NCBI GenBank assembly: GCA_050115675.1
Contig: JASFQB010000005.1
Coordinates: forward strand, 22,556-86,555
Source: Candidatus Woesebacteria bacterium
GTDB lineage: Bacteria; Patescibacteriota; Saccharimonadia; Saccharimonadales; EFPC-124
Direction of reading: 5' to 3'
DNA length: 64,000 nucleotides
The translations under genes and the position numbers were made by a program. Position 1 is the stretch's first letter; every line of letters starts with the position of its first letter. Below are positions 44,728 to 56,337 of this stretch, piece after piece. The notes beneath the pieces were generated by a model. It was not told where the DNA came from. It was given only the letters and a program-made list of their open reading frames with translations, and ran no database searches.

Positions 44728-46236
44728 CTATGCTCGATTTCTGTATTGAAGTGCTTCGGATATATGCTTTGGATTGATATCGTCAGACCCGTCTAGATCA
44801 GCAATAGTACGTGCTACTTTGATGGTTTTAAAGTATCCGCGTGCGGATAGTAGTAGCCTGGTTGACGCTTGGTCAAGAAAGGTTTTTGCCTCTGATGTGA
44901 GTCTGGCTGTAGTTTTTATGTCATCGTTATTCATGCTGGCGTTGGTTTTAAGAAGCGATCCAAAGCGCTCTGTTTGAATAGTACGTGCCTCTGTTATCTT
45001 ATTTTTATAGTCAATTTTTGATTTAGGCGAGTTGAGTAGCTTGTTGGTGTCAACCCTAGAAACCTGGACTACGATATCGATTCGGTCAAGAAGCGGTCCT
45101 GATAGCTTTTTTGAATAATTGCTAACTTGCAATGCCGAGCAAGTGCATTCGCGTGTTTGGTCGTTTGCGTAGCCGCAGGGGCAGGGGTTTTTGGTTGCGA
45201 CAAGCATAAAGTCTGCCGGATAGCATACTCGGCTGTGTGTGCGTGCGATATGCACCTCTTTATCCTCGAGGGGTTGTCTAAGTGCCTCTAACGACGCACG
45301 ACTGTACTCTGGAAGCTCGTCTAAAAATAATACACCACAGTGGGCAAGACTGACTTCGCCTGGTTTTGGATTTGTTCCTCCGCCGATCAAAGAAGTGTGA
45401 CTGGCGTTGTGGTGTGGCGATCTGAATGGCCGAGATGTAATGGTTTGGTCGTCAATTTCGCCGGCTATGCTGTGTAATTTTGTTGTGGCAATTATTTCGT
45501 CGTCAGACATGGGCGGCATTACGTTGGCCAAGGCTTTGGCAAGCATCGTTTTCCCTGCCCCTGGAGGGCCGTCAAACAATATATTGTGATGCCCTGCAGC
45601 AGCGATTATAAGAGCTCTTTTGGCTTGCTCTTGCCCATATATGTCATTTAGCGTCACAGAGCTTCTGGAAGGCTCTGAGCGGCTATTCGTGGAAAGGTCG
45701 AGTGATATTTGGAGTTCATTTTTTAAGTAAGCCACAAGTTCTTTTAGATTTTTTGCGGGTATTATCTCGATGTCCTTTATTAGAGACGCTTGTTGGTAAT
45801 TGCGTGATGGAACCACGACGCTTTTTAGCCCGGTATTAAGTGCGGTCTGGACGTAGCCGATTATGCCACGCACGGGCTTTAAAGAGCCGTCTAATCCCAG
45901 TTCTCCTACGATAAGTTTGTTTTTTATAGAGGATTGTTCTATTTGTCCGCTAACGCAAAGTAGAGCTAACGCGATAGCAAGGTCAAAATGTGCACCATCT
46001 TTTGGAATATTCGCAGGCGCTAGATTAATAGTTATTCGTTTTCGTGGAAAATCTAGGTGACAATTTTTTATAGCACTTCGCACACGCTCTTTAGCTTCAT
46101 CGACGGCCTTATTGCCTAGTCCAACAATCAGCATGCTTGGTAATCCCATGCTAGAATCGCATTCTACGCTAATAAGCTTGCCTTCAAATCCGACATTTGT
46201 TGCCGAAAAAACAGTTGCTGTCATTGGTTTCCTCAA
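44728..46236 (-). CDS. comM: YifB/ComM-family Mg-chelatase-like ATPase
   Basis: 502 aa. Lon-like N-domain, 'GPPGAGKTMLAKAL', 'GVLFLDELPE', ChlI-type C-terminus. Confidence 0.9.
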   Translation of the reverse strand: MRKPMTATVFSATNVGFEGKLISVECDSSMGLPSMLIVGLGNKAVDEAKERVRSAIKNCHLDFPRKRITINLAPANIPKDGAHFDLAIALALLCVSGQIEQSSIKNKLIVGELGLDGSLKPVRGIIGYVQTALNTGLKSVVVPSRNYQQASLIKDIEIIPAKNLKELVAYLKNELQISLDLSTNSRSEPSRSSVTLNDIYGQEQAKRALIIAAAGHHNILFDGPPGAGKTMLAKALANVMPPMSDDEIIATTKLHSIAGEIDDQTITSRPFRSPHHNASHTSLIGGGTNPKPGEVSLAHCGVLFLDELPEYSRASLEALRQPLEDKEVHIARTHSRVCYPADFMLVATKNPCPCGYANDQTRECTCSALQVSNYSKKLSGPLLDRIDIVVQVSRVDTNKLLNSPKSKIDYKNKITEARTIQTERFGSLLKTNASMNNDDIKTTARLTSEAKTFLDQASTRLLLSARGYFKTIKVARTIADLDGSDDINPKHISEALQYRNRA

Positions 46237-46273
46237 AAATAATTACTTATACTTAGGATTTTTAACATATTTA

Positions 46274-46282
46274 TGGTATAAT
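46274..46282 (+). promoter_or_regulatory. Extended -10 element TGgTATAAT upstream of tmRNA
   Basis: Lies 19 nt upstream of the mature tmRNA 5' end. Confidence 0.45.
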
Positions 46283-46300
46283 GTACAAGTGCAACAGATT

Positions 46301-46697
46301 GGGGCTGACTTAAGCTTTGACGTTTGAACATTTACATACTGCTTTGCAAACCGAATTACGCTACGTTATGGCGTTTAAACAACTGCAAAATCTTTTGCAA
46401 ACGTAAAACAAACTTTGGCAAGCCTTTTCCAGGCCCCTCAGTTTGCTTTTCAAGCCGTTTAATTACACAGCGGCCATCGTCTAGCTAGGGGCTACGCTTA
46501 GCTTTACGGTGTTATTTATTGTAGCTTGAGCTTCTTTGGCGTTTTGCAGGCCAGAATAAGCTGACATTTTTCTGTAAAGACTTTTGCTATTTTTGTTGAG
46601 TTTTTTAGGCTAAAGTCAAAACTAAGATTCAGCTATGTTTGTAGACGAGTAGTGTGTAGTCAGACGGACTGGGGTGCGATTCCCCACAGCTCCACCA
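46301..46697 (+). ncRNA. ssrA: tmRNA (SsrA)
   Basis: 5' GGGGCTG pairs with 3' CAGCTCC-A-CCA (G3:U70 alanine identity). T-arm-like ggggtgcgattcccc. Internal tag ORF ends at TAA 46460-46462. Confidence 0.9.
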
Positions 46698-47499
46698 AAA
46701 GTGACCTAGCTTTAAAAAACTGGGTCTTTTTTGACACTGTTTTTTAGCAAAAAGAAAACAACGGCCTGCGAGTAGCCGTTGTTATTGTTTGTCGTATATT
46801 TTTTGTTTTTGAGCACTTTTTTTATTCAAGTGCTACCCCTATAATAGTAGGCATTTTGAAGGCTGTCAACACGTTTTTGCTTAGAAAATTTATATGCATG
46901 TGGATAAATAATAAGGACGGCTCTTTGCAACGTATAAAGCTCTCGTTTATATAAAAAACATTGTGATCAAAAGTAATGCAGTAATGTAAAATGTTGCTGG
47001 GCTGTTTTTTAAAAAATAATATAAAAATAGTAAAAGTAGTTTGTGTAAAAAGTAAGTTATAAATTTATAGCAATATAGCTAACATGCCAAGTGGGTTGTA
47101 GATCCATTTTTGCATGAATGCTATCGCGCGTGGTTGACTCCAGGATGCTGGGGCTAGTTGGTGATACGTTGAAAAATTTTAAAAGTTATTTTTAGAGTAT
47201 TTTTGTTGCTGTGGCTATCGAAGATCGTGCTACATTTTTGTGCAGATTTTTGTAAAAAATCGAGCCTAATATTTTTTGTAAACTCCAAAATCAAGTAAAA
47301 TATCCTGTGCATCAAAAACATATATTTTTTACAACAGCTGGTAAAAAAGTACGGAATAACAGGGTAGCACAGTAAAAAATACATCAGTATGAGTAGTTGT
47401 CGTATTGACATATTTATGGCGGCATGTTAAGTTGTAAGTAAGCTTTTAGAAAAATAAAAACAATTTCATAAAAACAAAAAAAGCTTGTACTTTAGAAGG

Positions 47500-47705
47500 C
47501 CTTCATCGTCTGGCGGAAGCACTGATAACTAATGAAATAATTGGTTATCAGTGTCCCGTCAGACGACGGGCAGCCAGCACTCCATTGAGCATTGCTCTGG
47601 ATTGTGCGGCATTTTATCGTCGCTCTCTTTGAAGGAGAGCGGTCAGTCGCTCGAAGCGGGAACTGCCATATAATTTGAATCAAAGGGCGGATTTCCCGCT
47701 CGAGC
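47500..47705 (+). ncRNA. Candidate structured RNA / cis-regulatory leader (unassigned class)
   Basis: Five consecutive strong hairpins: 47519-47554 (13 bp), 47555-47570, 47573-47610 (15 bp), 47621-47641 (7 bp), 47649-47705 (18 bp). They sit in a GC-richer patch inside an AT-rich spacer, ending about 20 nt before the next gene. Strand and function are unproven. Confidence 0.35.
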
Positions 47706-47725
47706 TCAAAAAACTCTTTAGTGAG

Positions 47726-48145
47726 ATGGGGAATGGCGCTATAGTTGTAGTTATGGTTAATATGCAAATTGTGCGTTCTTTTAGGCTTTATGCTACGTTT
47801 GGATTGCCTGTATTAATGGTGGTTCTATTGTTCTTTGCACTGAGTGTAACAAGTCCACTTTCGGCAGGGCCGGCGGGGATTTTGTTAGTTTTTGCTTTGA
47901 TGTACTTGGTGGCTTTGAGTCTGCTTTTTGCAGCGCTGGCATTGGTCTTGGTTGTTGTCGAAAAAGTAGCTAATCGTACACAGACGATAGGCAAGAAGTT
48001 GTACTATATAGCAGCGATTGTTGCGATGGCGCCAATTTTTATCTTGGCGCTAAATACAATTGGGCAATTGGATATCAAAGATTTTATTCTTGTGCTGATT
48101 CTTGAGCTTATGGCGTGTTTTTATGTTGCACGTAGGATGAAATAG
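47726..48145 (+). CDS. Small polytopic membrane protein (4 predicted TM helices)
   Basis: Hydrophobic ORF. The start is uncertain (ATG 47726 or 47762). The track start 47675 lies inside the upstream hairpin and is unlikely. Confidence 0.5.
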   Translation: MGNGAIVVVMVNMQIVRSFRLYATFGLPVLMVVLLFFALSVTSPLSAGPAGILLVFALMYLVALSLLFAALALVLVVVEKVANRTQTIGKKLYYIAAIVAMAPIFILALNTIGQLDIKDFILVLILELMACFYVARRMK

Positions 48146-48167
48146 GTGTATGCTGCTGACTATTTAA

Positions 48168-48176
48168 TGCTATAAT
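48168..48176 (+). promoter_or_regulatory. Extended -10 element TGcTATAAT
   Basis: Lies 10 nt upstream of ATG 48187. Confidence 0.45.
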
Positions 48177-48186
48177 TTATATAACT

Positions 48187-48627
48187 ATGGAGCCAAGATT
48201 ACCAACGCCACACCTATCTCCTGAGGCAGGTGCGTATAATCCAGAAACGCCAAAGGGGCAAGAAAGAGGGACTCAATTAAATAAAATTGAGACTGTTGGC
48301 AGTGCGGAAAAAAGCACGAATCAGGAAGCTCGCGAGCTAGACCCTAGTCAGGCGATGTCGGTGGCCTTGCCTTCGGCGCAGGCAATGAGTCCAATAGGTT
48401 CTGGTTCGAGTGCTTCGTCAAAGCGAAGTCCAAAAAATAACCTTAAGGACGTACCTGTAAGTGCAAGTGAGGATGATGTCATTGAAAAAGAATGGGTTAA
48501 TAAGGCCAAGCAGATAGTTAAAAACACAAAAAACGACCCCTATATGCAGGGGCTTGAGGTCAGTAAATTACAAGCTGATTATTTAAAAAAGCGTCATGGC
48601 ATAGATGTAAAGGTATCTGGTGGGTAG
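48187..48627 (+). CDS. Hypothetical protein, disordered N-terminal two-thirds
   Basis: 146 aa with a P/S/E/Q-rich N-terminus and a short helical C-terminus. Adjoins or overlaps the ATPase gene start. Confidence 0.45.
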   Translation: MEPRLPTPHLSPEAGAYNPETPKGQERGTQLNKIETVGSAEKSTNQEARELDPSQAMSVALPSAQAMSPIGSGSSASSKRSPKNNLKDVPVSASEDDVIEKEWVNKAKQIVKNTKNDPYMQGLEVSKLQADYLKKRHGIDVKVSGG

Positions 48628-51600
48628 TATGGAGATCTTTATCGTTGGCTTATTGTTGGGTGTGGTGATTCTTATATTTGCGGGATATTTTATGTATTGG
48701 CAGTATCGAAAAATCCTGCGTGAGGCAAAAAATTACGAGCGTGGATTAAAAATGATACCTTTGGTCATTCATTTGCCGCCATCTAGCGATGATGTTGAGG
48801 TTGGTGTTCGTGACACGAGAGATGTTGTAGAAGAGACGATATCCCAAGCTCAGATAATGTATAACATAATTGCAAGCACCGCCACAAAGGGATTTAAGAG
48901 TCGTATTTACGGACAGCGCCATTTGGCGTTTGAGGTGGTTGCGAGCCATGGTTTAATCCATTACTATGTCGTGGTTCCGTTGGTCCTTATGGACGTAGTG
49001 AAGCAAGCGGTGATTGCAGCTTATCCTAATGCACGCCTAGAGGAGGCAGAGGAGTCAAATATATTTAGCCGTGCTGGAAAGATTAGCGGCACTATTGGCG
49101 GCGAGCTGGCTCTAAAAAGAGAGTTCAGTTATCCAATTGCAACCTTTGAGGATAGTAAGCGTGATGCGATGCAAGCAATCTTGAATGCTTTTTCGGTCCT
49201 TTCTCGTGACGATGGCGCGGCGATTCAGCTATTGATCCGCCCTGCAAAAGAAAAATGGACAAAGACTTCTGTATCGATGGCAAACCGAATTCGTAAAGAA
49301 AAAGGCATCAAGGGGCATAGTGGAATTATGTCTATCAAAGAGGTTGCCGAAGCTCTTTGGAAGCCTCTTGCTGCCACAGAGGCTAAGCCCGAAGATAAGC
49401 AACTAACAACCCTTGAGCAATCTACGGTTGATGCTCTAGAAGAGAAGACGAGGCATCCCGGTTACGAAGTTCTAATTCGTGTTATGGCTTCATCTAACAC
49501 CGCAGAGCGTTCGCAGATAATTTTAAAAAACATTGTTGCGGCATTTGCGCTTTTTGATGCACCGAGTAAAAACGGCTTTAAATTTACGATGACAAAAAAT
49601 ATTGAAGCTTTTGTTACATCATTTATATTTAGATTTTTCCCTCAGGAGGCTGACGGGAACATCTTAAATAGTGTAGAATTGTCAACGATTCTTCACTTTC
49701 CAGACCAAAGGAACACCCCGACGTCACAATTACAACGACAGGCTTCAAAGCAAGTTGATGGCCCTGTACATATGAGTGATCAAGGTGTACTTTTGGGGTA
49801 TAACGTTTACCGTGGTGTGAAAAAGGAAATACGGCTAGACGCTGTAGACAGGCGCAGGCATGTTTATATCATAGGTCAGACTGGAACTGGCAAGTCAGGA
49901 CTGTTAGAGAACCTGGCACTGCAAGACATGCTTGACGGCAAAGGTTTTGCGTTTATCGATCCACATGGTGACTCTGCGGAACGTTTGCTGGGCATGGTTC
50001 CTAGAGAGCGAGTAGAGGATGTTATTTATTTCTCTCCTGGTGATATGCAGCAGCCTCTAGGATTGAATCTATTCGAATATGAAAGTGAAGAACAGAAAGA
50101 TTTTTTGATTCAGGAGGCTATTGCAATGCTATACCGTCTGTACGACCCAGGTCGCACTGGTATAGTTGGTCCGCGCTATGAGCATTGGTTTAGAAACGCT
50201 GCCTTAACAATAATGAGCGACCCAAATGGTTGTTCGTTTATTGATATCCCACAGGTGTTTAACGATAATGATTTTGCGAAGTCAAAGCTCAAATATGTAA
50301 AAGACCAGACCGTGCTTGATTTTTGGAATAAAGAGATGGCTCAGACAAGCGATTATCATAAGAGTGAAGTTTTGGGGTGGTTTGTGAGTAAATTTGGTGC
50401 GTTTTTGTCTAACGAGATGATGCGCAATATTATTGGTCAAACAAAGAGTGGCTTTAATTTACGAGAAGTTATGGATAAGAAGAAGATTCTTTTAGTCAAC
50501 TTATCGCAAGGGCGCACAGGCGAACTTAACTCTCAGCTTTTGGGCATGATTTTTGTTATGAAGTTTCAAGCTGCAGCAATGGGGCGCGCGAATGTTCCCG
50601 AGGATCAAAGGGAAGACTTTACTTTGTACGTTGATGAGTTTCAGAACTACGCTACCGATTCCTTTGAGGCTATACTGTCTCAGGCGCGTAAATATCGCTT
50701 AAGTTTAATATTGGCAAACCAATTTATGACGCAGCTTAACGATAAGGTCCGAGAGGCTGTAATTGGTAATGTGGGCACCGTAGTAGCTGGGCGTATTGGT
50801 ACAACTGATGCAGAATTGATGGTTAAGAAATTTAGGCCGATTTTTGACGAAGAGGACTTAACTAAATTGCCAAATTTCGAGTCTGTGGCGTCGGTAATGA
50901 TAAATAATGTACCTTCCACACCGTTTAGCATGTCTCTTATACCGCCACTGGGTAGGCCAAGTGACCAGCTTGCTGATGCTTTAAAAAAGCTTTCTGCTGC
51001 AAAATATGGCAGGCCAAGAACAGCAGTAGAGCAGGAGATTTTTAGTCGATTGCGGTCAGGTTCGACCGAACCTATGCCCGTTGGGGAGGCGGCTGCTGGA
51101 ACTGAAGAAAAAAAACCATCCTCGTTTTTAGATGAGTGGCTGGCTAAGAGAAAGCAAAAAATATCCAATGGAGTCAAAACAGCAAAGGTGGCTCAACCAG
51201 AGCTAAAAGATGCTGAGGGGTCTCCCGCAAGGACGCCACATTCAGGTGAAGCTTCGTTGCTAGGCAACGCGTTGCCGAATAATGTGAGTGGCAAGACTCC
51301 CCTGGGCCAGGATTCCGAAACAGTAAAAGATCATACAGTTGTCAAAAAAACGGACGATAGATTACGAAAGCTCCAATCTGCAAATATTGGCAGTAGTGTT
51401 GTTATTAAACCAACAAAAGACTATCCTGCAGGTAGTTTTGAATCCAATCTTGATGATGGTAAAAGACTGGAAGAAGAGGTTGAAAAAGCTAGAAGTACAG
51501 ATGTGATGAACAACGAAAATCCAAAAGTTTCAAACCAAGTACAGCCTAATGCAACAGTCCAGCAAACCGCTCAGCCCGAGCAGTTGGATGAAATTTATAT

Positions 51601-51658
51601 TGATATTCATGGTGATTTGCACCATGGAGCAGAATTGCCGTTAAATAAAAAAAGCTAG
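48620..51658 (+). CDS. Membrane-anchored VirD4/TraD/TraG-like (type IV coupling protein family) P-loop ATPase with long disordered tail
   Basis: N-terminal TM helix. Walker A 'GQTGTGKSG', 'FIDPHGD', Walker B 'LYVDEFQNY', 'ARKYRLSLILANQFMTQL' (TraG-D_C-like). About 230-aa low-complexity C-terminus. The start may be ATG 48629. Confidence 0.6.
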   Translation: MGSMEIFIVGLLLGVVILIFAGYFMYWQYRKILREAKNYERGLKMIPLVIHLPPSSDDVEVGVRDTRDVVEETISQAQIMYNIIASTATKGFKSRIYGQRHLAFEVVASHGLIHYYVVVPLVLMDVVKQAVIAAYPNARLEEAEESNIFSRAGKISGTIGGELALKREFSYPIATFEDSKRDAMQAILNAFSVLSRDDGAAIQLLIRPAKEKWTKTSVSMANRIRKEKGIKGHSGIMSIKEVAEALWKPLAATEAKPEDKQLTTLEQSTVDALEEKTRHPGYEVLIRVMASSNTAERSQIILKNIVAAFALFDAPSKNGFKFTMTKNIEAFVTSFIFRFFPQEADGNILNSVELSTILHFPDQRNTPTSQLQRQASKQVDGPVHMSDQGVLLGYNVYRGVKKEIRLDAVDRRRHVYIIGQTGTGKSGLLENLALQDMLDGKGFAFIDPHGDSAERLLGMVPRERVEDVIYFSPGDMQQPLGLNLFEYESEEQKDFLIQEAIAMLYRLYDPGRTGIVGPRYEHWFRNAALTIMSDPNGCSFIDIPQVFNDNDFAKSKLKYVKDQTVLDFWNKEMAQTSDYHKSEVLGWFVSKFGAFLSNEMMRNIIGQTKSGFNLREVMDKKKILLVNLSQGRTGELNSQLLGMIFVMKFQAAAMGRANVPEDQREDFTLYVDEFQNYATDSFEAILSQARKYRLSLILANQFMTQLNDKVREAVIGNVGTVVAGRIGTTDAELMVKKFRPIFDEEDLTKLPNFESVASVMINNVPSTPFSMSLIPPLGRPSDQLADALKKLSAAKYGRPRTAVEQEIFSRLRSGSTEPMPVGEAAAGTEEKKPSSFLDEWLAKRKQKISNGVKTAKVAQPELKDAEGSPARTPHSGEASLLGNALPNNVSGKTPLGQDSETVKDHTVVKKTDDRLRKLQSANIGSSVVIKPTKDYPAGSFESNLDDGKRLEEEVEKARSTDVMNNENPKVSNQVQPNATVQQTAQPEQLDEIYIDIHGDLHHGAELPLNKKS

Positions 51659-51709
51659 GCTGTATCTGTTGTGAAAATAAAGCATAACAATTATGTTCAG
51701 TTTAATCAT

Positions 51710-51739
51710 TTGCATTGAACATATATTGCCCGCTATAAT
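51710..51739 (+). promoter_or_regulatory. gyrB promoter (TTGCAT-18-TATAAT)
   Basis: Hexamers at 51710-51715 and 51734-51739. RBS GAGGGG precedes ATG 51779. Confidence 0.45.
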
Positions 51740-51772
51740 GTAGGAGTTGTAAAAGTTCAGTTCTTGATGTGA

Positions 51773-53758
<1,986 letters not shown>

Positions 53759-53760
53759 TT

Positions 53761-56310
53761 ATGGAAGAAGAAAAGAAAATACCACAAGAGGGCGAAATAG
53801 TAGAAGCTCAAAAAATTGAAGCCACGCACTCAAAAACTCTAGAACTAGACACCGTTGAAGACGTGATGGAGCGAAGCTACTTGCGATATTCGATGAGTGT
53901 TATCATTGCGCGTGCTTTGCCAGATGTTAGGGATGGCCTAAAACCGGTCCACCGTCGCATTTTATACGCCATGGACAAAAACGGATGGCGCCCAGGTACA
54001 AAGTTTGTAAAAAGTGCGCGTATTGTAGGTGATGTAATGGGTAAATATCACCCTCACGGTGATGCGGCTATTTATGACACCATGGTTCGTTTGGCGCAAG
54101 ACTTCTCGATGCGCTACTTGTTGGTTGATGGTCAAGGTAACTTTGGTTCAATGGACGGCGACCCAGCTGCTGCCTCGCGATATACCGAGGCACGCATGGC
54201 TAAGGTTGGCGCAGAGCTATTAGCCGACCTAGACAAAGATACAGTAGATTTTAGAGACAACTATGATGGATCCGAGCGTGAGCCGTCCGTTTTGCCATCT
54301 AAAGTTCCAAACCTTTTGCTTAACGGGCAGGTTGGTATTGCTGTGGGCATGGCTACAAGTATTCCTCCCCACAACCTTGGCGAGCTTATAGACGCAGTTG
54401 TGTTTATGATAGACCATAAAGAGGAGGTTACTCTTGATAGTCTGCTCAAGTTCGTTAAAGGTCCGGATTTTCCAACAGGCGCCATTGTTTATGGTGGCAA
54501 CTCCATGAAGCAGGCCTACGCAACGGGTAGGGGTAGTGTTGTTGTTCGTGCGGTTGCAAATATTGAAGAAACTAAAAAAGGCAAGCATCAGATAATTGTT
54601 AGTGAGATTCCGTACGGAGTTAACAAAGCTACGCTTATTGAAAGAATTGCCGATTTAGTTAAAGAAAAGAAGATAAATGGCATCTCTGACCTGCGTGACG
54701 AGAGTGCACGCGGCGAAGTTAAAATCGTGGTTGACCTTAAAAAAGATTCATATCCTAAAAAGGTGTTAAACCAGCTATTTAAATTGACTCCGTTGCAAAC
54801 AAGTTTTCACTATAACATGTTGGCTTTAGTTGATGGTATCCAACCAAAAATTCTTGGTCTTGAGGAGATTCTAAGTGAATACCTAAAACATAGGCAAATA
54901 GTTGTGCGTCGTCGTACCGAGTTTGAGCTAAGAAAAGCCAAAGATCGTGCGCATATACTCGAGGGCTTGTCTATTGCTTTGGATCACATCGACGAAGTAA
55001 TAAATACAATTAGAGCAAGTCAGACCACCGAAGAAGCCCAGATAAACTTAATGACTAAGTTTAAGCTAAGCGAAATTCAGGCCAAAGCTATTTTGGCAAT
55101 GCAACTTCGTACTCTTGCAGGTTTAGAGCGTAAGAAGATTGAGGACGAGCTAGCCGAGTTGCGTAAACTAATTGCCAATCTAGAGATGATATTGTCAGAC
55201 GAAAATCAAATATTGCGAATCATTAAAGAAGAGCTCCTGGTAGCTAAAAAGTCATATGCTGATCCACGCCGCTCAAAAATTGTCAGTCAAGAACTGGGCA
55301 AGTTTAGCGACGAAGAGCTAATACCGGATGAGCGAGTTGTTGTAACTATAACAACAGAGAACTACATAAAGCGTACGCTTATTAGTGAATATCGTCGTCA
55401 AAACAGAGGTGGCAAGGGCAAGCGTGGCATGACCACAAAAGAGGCAGACGTAATTGACCAGTTAGTTACTGCAAGTACGCACGATTGGTTATTGTTGTTT
55501 ACGAACAAAGGTAGAGTATTTAGACTTAAAGCTTACGAAGTGCCTGCTGCAGGGTTAACGGCAAAAGGTATTGCGGTTGTAAACCTAATACAATTACAGC
55601 CAGAAGAGCAAGTAACCTCAATGGTTTGTATAAGTAAAGATTACGACACGAGCAAGGGCTATCTGTTCATGACAACAACACATGGTGTTGTTAAAAAGAC
55701 TCAACTTGACGATTACAGCAACATTCGAAACTCAGGGTTAATCGCAATTAAACTTGATGATGGTGATGAGCTAAGGTGGATTCACTTAAGTTCGGGTGAT
55801 GATGATGTAATAATTTCAACATCATTTGGTCAAGCCATACGATTTAGCGAGAAAGACACACGCCCAATGGGACGATCGGCAAGAGGTGTTCGCGGAATGC
55901 GCTTAAGAGCGGGCGATAAAGCGGTGGGCGCAGATCTCGTGTACGAAGATAAACAACTGTTAGTTATGAGCAGCAACGGATACGGAAAGCTAACAAAAGT
56001 CGCAAACTTCCCAGCGCACAAACGTGGTGGAGTTGGCATTAAGGCTGCAATTGTAAATGGTAAAACCGGCAATCTTGTGACTGTAAGGTCTCTAGATCCA
56101 TCTGCCAATGAGGTTCTTATGATCTCTACAAAGGGTCAGGCAATAAGAATCGGACTAAAAGACATTCCAACGTTAGGTAGAACAACGCAAGGTGTTAGGG
56201 TTATGCGTCTAAATGATGGCGATACGGTTGCTTCTTTGGGTATCGTTGCAGAAGAAACTGATTCTATAAAAGAAGTCGTAGAAGAAGCAGAAGAATCCTC
56301 TGCCGAATAA
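53761..56310 (+). CDS. gyrA: DNA gyrase subunit A
   Basis: '[22 protein letters not shown]', '[20 protein letters not shown]' (QRDR region), C-terminal beta-pinwheel repeats. Confidence 0.95.
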   Translation: MEEEKKIPQEGEIVEAQKIEATHSKTLELDTVEDVMERSYLRYSMSVIIARALPDVRDGLKPVHRRILYAMDKNGWRPGTKFVKSARIVGDVMGKYHPHGDAAIYDTMVRLAQDFSMRYLLVDGQGNFGSMDGDPAAASRYTEARMAKVGAELLADLDKDTVDFRDNYDGSEREPSVLPSKVPNLLLNGQVGIAVGMATSIPPHNLGELIDAVVFMIDHKEEVTLDSLLKFVKGPDFPTGAIVYGGNSMKQAYATGRGSVVVRAVANIEETKKGKHQIIVSEIPYGVNKATLIERIADLVKEKKINGISDLRDESARGEVKIVVDLKKDSYPKKVLNQLFKLTPLQTSFHYNMLALVDGIQPKILGLEEILSEYLKHRQIVVRRRTEFELRKAKDRAHILEGLSIALDHIDEVINTIRASQTTEEAQINLMTKFKLSEIQAKAILAMQLRTLAGLERKKIEDELAELRKLIANLEMILSDENQILRIIKEELLVAKKSYADPRRSKIVSQELGKFSDEELIPDERVVVTITTENYIKRTLISEYRRQNRGGKGKRGMTTKEADVIDQLVTASTHDWLLLFTNKGRVFRLKAYEVPAAGLTAKGIAVVNLIQLQPEEQVTSMVCISKDYDTSKGYLFMTTTHGVVKKTQLDDYSNIRNSGLIAIKLDDGDELRWIHLSSGDDDVIISTSFGQAIRFSEKDTRPMGRSARGVRGMRLRAGDKAVGADLVYEDKQLLVMSSNGYGKLTKVANFPAHKRGGVGIKAAIVNGKTGNLVTVRSLDPSANEVLMISTKGQAIRIGLKDIPTLGRTTQGVRVMRLNDGDTVASLGIVAEETDSIKEVVEEAEESSAE

Positions 56311-56337
56311 TAAAAAGGTCTAAAAAAGGGGGCTTAA

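Noticed and set aside
46899-46907. Calling the AT-rich region after tmRNA the chromosomal origin (oriC) because of a perfect DnaA box and nearby gyrBA.
   Set aside because: There is only one perfect box and a few 2-mismatch sites. No dnaA or dnaN is in the window and no GC-skew information is available. I report it as an anomaly, not as oriC.
47154-47767. Track ORFs 47154-47411 (-) and 47492-47767 (-), and the 47675 start of the plus-strand ORF.
   Set aside because: The first is a low-complexity translation of AT-rich DNA with no RBS. The second is antisense to the multi-hairpin element. The 47675 start lies inside a hairpin loop. None is supported as coding.
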